64,000 nucleotides of DNA from Piedraia hortae CBS 480.64 (lineage: Eukaryota), in the NCBI GenBank assembly GCA_010093745.1, contig MU005967.1, positions 1 to 64,000 on the forward strand, given 5' to 3'. Below the pieces are notes generated by a model, which was not told the DNA's origin, ran no database searches, and was given only the letters and a program-made list of their open reading frames with translations. Both the position numbers and the translations under genes were made by a program. The first letter of the stretch is position 1. Every line of letters starts with the position of its first letter. Positions 56,261-64,000 of this stretch are shown here, in pieces.

Positions 56261-58534
56261 ATGGGCAAAGGCAAAGGAAAGAAAAAGCCCCGACCGAAAC
56301 GCAAGTCCAAGCGCCAATCGAACGGGGGTCACTCACAGCAACCGCCAGGCAGTAAGTCGTGAATGGCGCGTCACATCAAAACAAACAGAACTGACTTGAA
56401 AGGCGAGAGTGACGACAGTCTTTTCAGCGGAATCTGCTTCAAAGGTTTTGCGCAGAACAGACCGAACATGCGCTCAGCCCTCAATCCCGCCGCGCAGGCC
56501 TACACCCCGCGCCGCAACGGCGGGAATACGAACGGCACGAGCAACCTGCGCCACAGTTCCATAGCCTTTGTGTCCGTTGGAGTGCATGTGCCGGAACCGA
56601 TGGAGGACAAGCCCGCTGCGGAGTCGGACGCGATGGAGGTAGAGCCGGCCACTGCGAAGCTGGAGGCAATGAAGGTTGATCAGTTACCTACGAAGCCCGA
56701 TGCAATGGACGTCGAAGCGACCGCTGAGGCGAAGCCGGAAGCTCAGCCCGACGCAAAGCTCAAAGTGAAGCTCGCAGCGAATACCGGAGGCAAGCCCAAC
56801 GGCGCCGATTCTAATCCCCTTGCCATCGACTCTGCCCCCTCGCAAAGCGAAACTCGCAGTCTCTGCGCCGAAGCACCGCCCTCCCGAATGAATATCACCG
56901 ACACACCGCCCACCCAACCCAAGTGCTCGCCCTTCCGAGGCGACGTCCCCCCCTTCGAATTGAAGCCCAACCTCCTCCAAGGCACCACCTCTCAATGCAC
57001 ACTGAAGTCCACGCTCCGCCCCTCCGCAACCCTCTTCAGCCCCGACAGGCTCTTCGTCGTCGACCGGCTCGGCCAAAAAAGCAGCCACGACGTCGCGGCG
57101 GAGCTCTTCCAACCAATCGAAAACCCCACCTCCCCGACCTCCTCCTCATCGAGCGAAGTAATCCTCTTCAAAGGCCGCGGAGTAAAAACCAACCAACCCT
57201 TCACCCGCAAACCCCAGACAAATATCACAAAACCAGACTGGCACGATAAAACCGTCCCACGCTCCGCAAGGGGCAGCAGTCCCGGCTGGCCACCTCTAGA
57301 ATCATACTGGGACGACTTACCGCCTATGCCCGCGCGGCTAAAGTCCCCTCCTGCGCTGAACAACGGATGGGGTTGGAAGGACGGTCAGACAGCCGAAAGC
57401 CTGGCCTACTTCCGTGACCAGATGCGTGAGTCGCTGCGCGGGAAGAGGGGGATTAATGCCCCCGGGAAGCGCGGTAAAAAAAACCCCGCAAACGAGGTCA
57501 AGGAGGCTGCCATGGCGGATTATGTTTCTAACCTCCTCTCCCATGAGGGTTTGGGCGCGTTTGTGCCCGAGGGGGAGTGGGAGAGTTGTTCGAGTTCCTC
57601 TTCTTCCTCTGACGACGAAGATGAATATGATGAGCAGCAGCAGGAGGAGGAGGAGCTCATCGATCTCGACTCTGACGATGACGAGGATGAGGAAGAGTAT
57701 ACTCTAGCAGAGCAATTCTCCGACGAAGCGGACCTCCGCCAGCGTCATACCGACGCGATGACCGACGAGGAGATTGCTGAACTTCTTTCTTCGTTTAAGA
57801 AAAAGGTTGGGAAAGGAAAAGCTAGGGACCCGTTCCCCTCAGCTACTGCCCTCGCGGATGCACTCGCCCCTCCGAAGGATAAGAATCACCCCCCGGCCGA
57901 TCTGACATATCTCTCTGACCCGGAGTTGAAAGCTACGTTGTTACAGTCGTGGTCGGCGGATAGGGAGGCGAAGCGGCTCAAGAAAGCGGAGAGGAGGAAA
58001 CTGCGAGAGGAGGGACTGCTTTCTTCTTCGGGGAAGGTTGATCTCAAGCAAAAGTATAGGAAGGGGAGCATGACGACAGCCCAAATGAGGAAAGAGTTGA
58101 GGGTTTTTATGGCGGATGAGGGCAGGGAGAGCGTTTCGTTTCCGCCGATGAATACGGCGGAGAGGAAGGTATTGCACAACTTGGCGGGCAAGTTGGGGTG
58201 TAAGAGTAAGAGTATGGGGAAAGGGAAACAGAGATTTACGATTGTGAGCAAGACGGAGAAATCGAAGCATCACGGCCAGGAGGAGGTGGAGGTCGATTAT
58301 TGGGGAAGAGGCGGGAAAAAGCACAGGGGACGCTCGAAACATGAGGCTAGTGTACGCCATGGGGAAGTTGTTGGTGCTGGTGCTCCCGAGTTGAGCAGTG
58401 AGAGTCTTGGACACAAATTGATGGAGAAAATGGGTTGGGTCAAGGGGACGGCCCTCGGAAAAGAAGGGTCAGGTGGACGATTGCTACCGGTTGAGCAGAT
58501 CATGAGGTCCGGGAAGACAGGCCTCGGCGGGTAG
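56261..58534 (+). CDS. SQS1: R3H and G-patch domain protein (Sqs1/Pfa1-like)
   Basis: ATG 56261, intron 56352-56402 in matching phase; LRHSSIAFVS, FPPM..ERKVLHNLA..KSKSMGKG (R3H), GHKLMEKMGWVKGTALG (G-patch). Confidence 0.85.
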
Positions 58535-58750
58535 TATACAGTGTAGACACAAATGAAATTATCAGTCAGACTCAAAAAAGCTGATTTTCAAAAGGTATAG
58601 GCCTAACCTATGCTACTGTACAGGCAGACCCGCATCCTTTACCTTGTGGTATTGCTTGCAGCGCAAAACATAACCGACCCATGACCGCATTATCGCATAA
58701 ACGCCGCCTCGTGACACCCAGAGAGACTAGAAACAATTCGCGCCCAACAC

Positions 58751-59271
<521 letters not shown>

Positions 59272-59629
59272 TTGAACGGTTAATAAGAGCTGGTGGTTGA
59301 CTTTGGAAGTTGATTGTGATGTGGATGCAGAGTGCAAGAGCGATGTGTTGAGGGAGAAAAGGGAGAAGACCGAAAAGCGCGGGTGGGCAGTGTTCTTATA
59401 GTGGGGTCACGGCTGGCGTTGATTAGAGACGCGTCTTCCCCAGTTTGTTGACCGCGCGGTGGTCCGAGCGCCCCGGAGTGATTGTGCGCGTCACGCCTGG
59501 GGTTTAAGAGCCCAGATTCCCCAACCTCACCTTCTTCCTCCTCACATCCTTCTTGCGCAGAACCCAGCACTTGCACCACTACCAACACTCTAACCACTTC
59601 AATCTCAACCACTTCTTCATTTTGCGAAA
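59272..59629. promoter_or_regulatory. Bidirectional H2A/H2B promoter with ACGCGT (59429-59434)
   Basis: Divergent histone genes 358 bp apart; MCB hexamer and further CGCG cores. Confidence 0.6.
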
Positions 59630-60132
59630 ATGACTGGAGGCAAATCTGGAGGCAAGGCCAGCGGTGCCAAGACCAACGCCCAGAGGTGAGCTTTTTGCAG
59701 CGTTTTCCGTGGCCCTCAAAAAACTGACTCGATTCAGCCGTTCGTCCAAGGCCGGTCTCGCTTTCCCCGTCGGCCGTGTCCACCGTCTGCTCCGAAAGGG
59801 CAACTATGCTCAACGTGTTGGTGCTGGTGCTCCCGTCTATCTCGCTGCTGTTCTCGAATACCTTGCTGCTGAGATTCTCGAATTGGCCGGCAACGCTGCT
59901 CGCGACAACAAGAAGACACGTATCATCCCCCGCCATCTCCAGCTGGCCATCCGCAACGATGAGGAGTTGAACAAGCTGCTTGGCCACGTCACGATTGCCC
60001 AGGGCGGTGTCCTCCCCAACATCCACCAAAGTGAGTATCTTGTCTGCCTACTTTTGGCATTTCTAACGCGTCTCAGACCTCCTTCCCAAGAAGACCAACA
60101 AGAGCGGCAAGGGTCCCAGCCAAGAGCTGTAA
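59630..60132 (+). CDS. HTA1: Histone H2A with C-terminal SQEL (gamma-H2A site)
   Basis: [17 protein letters not shown]..; introns 59686-59737 and 60031-60076; ends KGPSQEL*. Confidence 0.97.
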
Positions 60133-60434
60133 ACAAGTCTCTTTCTCATGGGTTAGGCGTCACTGGTGTTGTGCAATGATAATGGGTTTCATCGATGGCG
60201 GCTGGCTACGTGTCTGGTACGAGCACTGATCCAGATGGAACGGTGTATACTATTATGCTCGAAGCGCTTCTGTAGTGCTTTTATGATGATACCACCATGA
60301 TTCGATCTTGTGCGGTAGTTCCAATCGTCCGCTTCGTCTCTGAGCTGTGCAGACGGAGCCAATGTCAGACTGTAGGCTGTTACTTCTGAAATGTCTGGCA
60401 CACTGATGACAAGGAATTATACAAGACTAAACAT

Positions 60435-61982
60435 CTACAAAAGCATCTTGGCGGGATCCTCAATGAACTCCTTGATCTTGACCAAGAAAGTTACCGCCTC
60501 ACGGCCATCGAGTAACCGATGATCGTAAGTCAGCGCAAGATACATCATGGGACGAATCTCGACTTTTCCGTTGATGGCCACGGGCATATCCTTGATAGCG
60601 TGCAATCCCAACACAGCCGTCTGGGGCAGATTGATGATTGGAGTTCCCATTAGCGAACCAAAGACGCCTCCGTTGGAGATGGTAAACGTCCCGCCCGCCA
60701 TGTCCTCTATCGTCAACTTGTTATCGCGGGCCTGTAACCAATTAGACTTCAAGCTCCTCCTTGACGGAACGGAATAGGGAGATCATACCTTCTTGCCAAG
60801 ATCAGCGATGGCCTTTTCGATCCCAACGAGATCCATGCCCTCCGCGTTGCGGACGACGGGGGTCACAAGGCCCTTCTCCGTCGCCACCGCGACGCTGATA
60901 TCGACATAGTCACGGTAGACGATTGTATCTCCACCGTCAGGGCCCTCGATACAGGCGTTCACGTTGGGGACCTCCTTCATTGCCAGCGTCGCTGCCTTGG
61001 AGAAGGCCGACATGTAACCCAGCTTGACACCCGTACGCTGCATCACTTCATCCTTGTATCGCTTCCGGAATCCCATGATGGCAGACATGTCGACGATGTT
61101 GAACGTCGTCAGCGATGCGGCCGTGTTCTGGGATTGTTTGAGACGCTCCGCGATGCGCAGACGCATGCGGTTCATCTTCACCCGACGCTCTTCGCGGTTA
61201 CCGAAAGGAGTCTCCTGCTTGGGAGCCTGCTTCTGCTCCTGTTTCGGTGCGGGCTTGGGCTTGGATTCCTGCTTGGACTCGGTCTTTTGGGGTTGCTTTT
61301 CTTCTTTTTGCGGTTGCTTTTCCTCCTTTGGTGGTTGTTTTTCTTCCTTTTCTGGCTGCTTTTCCTCTTTCTTAGGCTCTTCCTTGGGCTTTGACTCCTC
61401 CTTGGACTCGGACTTTTCGCCCGGCTGGCCACCCACTTCGAATCGGATCAGGTCCTGACCCACTGAGACTGTGTCCTGTTCGTTGACGAGGAGCTCTTTG
61501 ATGGTACCGGCTGCCGGTGCGTTTACTTCAACGTCGATCTTGTCCGTTTCGATTGTCGCAATCTCCTCGTTCTCCTCTACGTAGTCGCCAGGCTGTCTGA
61601 TGAACTGCTTCAGCGTGCCCTCGGAGATGGACTCTGCCATTTGTGGCACTTTGATTATCTGCTCTTCTGTTGCAAGGTTAGAAGCAGACTTGAAGTGTCG
61701 GGAGCGTATACGAACCTCTGCAGTGACCCGACATGCTGAAGAGACGCATCTGGGTAGGGAGAGCCCTGCTACAAATGGGTTAGAACTTTTCCATACTTGG
61801 GATGGGGAAGGTGGGGGGGCCAGCTGCTCATACGTTTGGGGCAGAGACGGTACTGGTCGGCTGGCGCTGAGAGAGCGCAGCCCAAGGGAGCGCAAGCATC
61901 GACCCTGCTGTAGCCAAGTTACCGACCGTATGGCCGGGCGCGAGGCCGCGACTACGCGACGTAAGCAGACATTCGATGACAT
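60435..61982 (-). CDS. KGD2: 2-oxoglutarate dehydrogenase E2 (dihydrolipoamide succinyltransferase)
   Basis: Lipoyl motif [34 protein letters not shown]; predicted introns 61769-61833, 61667-61715, 60732-60788. Confidence 0.95.
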
Positions 61983-62296
61983 GTTGTCAACGTGGGGATG
62001 CAGGAGCGGAAACGGAAGTCTGGTTCCGGGATTTGGTTTGATAAATATTTACGCCACCGTTGTTTCGTCCATGGGATGTCAAGACGGTGGACTGCTCTTC
62101 TAGCTGAGCTACATGAAGTATTAATTACAGCTCTACGGATGCCCTCTCATACTTCAAGCACATGTCAGACAGCAGCTCGACGTTGGCATTTAACACTTCG
62201 TCGATAGCCGTATATGGTTATATCCCCCCCACGACGGAACGGTTCCGTTCTGACTTCAGTCGAGTCGCAACCTCACCCGGCAGAACACGGCGCATC

Positions 62297-62735
62297 ATGT
62301 CGCAAACGGCGCGAGTTCTGTAGGTTGGATTGCACTGAAGGCTCAGAATTCTGACAGTCTAGCAAACTCTACCGTCGGTCGTTGAAGCTTGCGCTTGACT
62401 GGACCATTTACAGACATCTCTGGCGCGGACAAGCGGTCTACATTCGCTCGCTTTTCGATGCAAATAGGCACATTACTGAGCCGAATCAGCGGAGAGTTCG
62501 TCGATCATCAGTGTCTGGGAACGACCGAAGCTAATAATTCAGGAACTTCTGGACCAGACGGAAGCGATCTTGGAAAAGTGGAAGCATCCCGATCCCTACA
62601 GACCGCCGACGGCCCCCGGCGGGTCAAAATACGAAAGGAACCTACCGTTGCACAACACCAATCGTGAGTTTCTGCTATCTGTACGGAAGGCGAAGGCTGA
62701 CTGTTGCAGCACCGCCCGAGGGCTTGCACTTGTAG
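62297..62735 (+). CDS. NDUFB9: NADH:ubiquinone oxidoreductase subunit NDUFB9/B22 (LYR family)
   Basis: Spliced model (introns 62320-62362, 62496-62542, 62664-62709): LYRRSLKLALDW..WKHPDPYRPPTAPGGSKYERN. Confidence 0.92.
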
Positions 62736-62762
62736 ATACTAGCCATGCAGTGATTATTATGT

Positions 62763-63962
62763 TTACAGCCTTGCTCGAGCAGCTTCCAACCAGTCGCCCA
62801 TTGTCTTGACCAAGAATTCAATCTGTTCGACGGTGTTCCCTGCATGCAAGCAGATGCGAACTCTTTCGGTGCCTGGCGGGACGGTAGGAGGTACTATGCC
62901 TCTGACGGCAATTCCCTTAGTTTGGCAGTAAGCTGCCAATGCCTTTGGCTCTGAAGATCTGACTGAGAATATCGGTGAGTTGGGACGCTCTTGCGGGACG
63001 TGTATCAGCTGGGTTGCTGCAGGATATCCATCCCGTAGGTCAATCAGCCTGGAATGCAACTCCTTTGTCAACTCCCTCAGTCTCCGCGCAGCATCCACAG
63101 TCCGGCCCTCTTCCAGAAATGCATAACTGGCCTTAATGGCAGCCAGATTCGGGAAGGAGAGAAAGGTAGTGTAGATGAGTGGACGGGCGTAGTTGATGAG
63201 GTACCGTCTTATTGTGCTACTGCACAGCAGTATTGCCCCATTGCACGCAAGTGCCTTTCCAAACGTGTGCAATCGCACCGTTATATCCTTCTCCAGCCCC
63301 AACTCTGAAACGAGGCCCCTTCCATTAGGCCCATATACACCCGTCGAATGCGCCTCATCAACGATGAGATGTACATCTTTCCACTTGCGCAGCGTCCGTA
63401 CCATCTCCCTCAACGGTGCCACATCCCCGTCCATGCTATACAGCGCCTCTACCGCAACGAAAACATTCTTCCCCCTTCCCGCTACCCCCTGTAGTACCTC
63501 CTCTAATGCATCGACATCATTATGTCTGAACGCAACCCTCTCCCCCGCCCTCGACAACCTCATCCCATCATGCACACTTGCATGGATATGCTCATCATAG
63601 ACAATCACATCCCCAACCTGCGGCAAGCAGGAAAACAACCCCACATTCGCATCAAATCCAGAGTTACAAAGCAAGCCCCTTTCCGCACCATGAAAGTGGG
63701 CAATCCTCTTTTCCAATCCCTCCGCGATCGCAGAATTCCCATCTAGTAACCTCGACCCTCCACTCCCCAATCCCGGCGCGTTCTGTACCTCCTCCAGAAA
63801 CTTCTTCCTCAGCGCCTCACTGCTCCCAAGTGACAAGAAGTCATTCGACGAAAAGTCAACCGCATACTTACCCGTCGAAAGCGTCCGTAATGTAGCCTGC
63901 GAAGCGCGCTTCTCCAGCGCTTCCTGTAACTTCCCTTCCAATGTTGCCATAGCCTCACCCAT
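62763..63962 (-). CDS. bioF: 8-amino-7-oxononanoate synthase with C-terminal PTS1 (ARL)
   Basis: DFSSNDFL, GSGGSRLLDGN, HASVHDG, VDEAHSTG, HTFGKA, PPTVP..RVRICLHAGN; start may be 63950. Confidence 0.93.
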   Translation of the reverse strand: MGEAMATLEGKLQEALEKRASQATLRTLSTGKYAVDFSSNDFLSLGSSEALRKKFLEEVQNAPGLGSGGSRLLDGNSAIAEGLEKRIAHFHGAERGLLCNSGFDANVGLFSCLPQVGDVIVYDEHIHASVHDGMRLSRAGERVAFRHNDVDALEEVLQGVAGRGKNVFVAVEALYSMDGDVAPLREMVRTLRKWKDVHLIVDEAHSTGVYGPNGRGLVSELGLEKDITVRLHTFGKALACNGAILLCSSTIRRYLINYARPLIYTTFLSFPNLAAIKASYAFLEEGRTVDAARRLRELTKELHSRLIDLRDGYPAATQLIHVPQERPNSPIFSVRSSEPKALAAYCQTKGIAVRGIVPPTVPPGTERVRICLHAGNTVEQIEFLVKTMGDWLEAARARL

Positions 63963-64000
63963 CTAACGCTGCATCCACATAACTAACTTTAAGTTACGGT

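Noticed and set aside
59272..59629. Yeast-type Spt10 sites (RTTCCN6TTCNC) in the histone promoter
   Set aside because: No exact match found; SPT10 lies ~45 kb away, so linkage is not meaningful

Overview
Gene-dense eukaryotic DNA from a filamentous ascomycete. Evidence: mostly 43-65 nt GT-AG introns with CTRAY branch sites, fungal FKS1/GAS, histones and Spt10. A compact Dothideomycete-like genome is an inference. About 25 conserved genes are recognisable: GAS/GEL-FKS1 divergent pair, SPT10, RPS20, CUE3/ASCC2, ECD, PCP1, HAUS1, MAM33, CTP1, CLPP, RMI1, GH47 mannosidase, SGS1, GH18 chitinase, PLP decarboxylase, MSS4, BNA6, SQS1, H2B/H2A, KGD2, NDUFB9 and bioF. Most striking, SKI3 (RNA-exosome cofactor, antiviral 'superkiller' gene) is split into two intact ORFs (699 + 653 aa) at a TPR linker. 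The halves are separated by ~7.9 kb carrying four antisense orphan ORFs, two of them tandem paralogs, and are flanked by a 22-nt complementary (GGGGGT)n/(ACCCCC)n pair. Other notable items: a degenerate Tad-like LINE interrupted by a 376-bp solo LTR with a 5-bp TSD; a duplicated HAUS1 C-terminus coupled by a TAATG stop/start overlap; convergent genes sharing a TTAA stop; a candidate intronic C/D snoRNA; and recurring abrupt C/A-rich to G/T-rich strand-skew switches inside genes. Gene identities come from recalled motifs; no database search was run.
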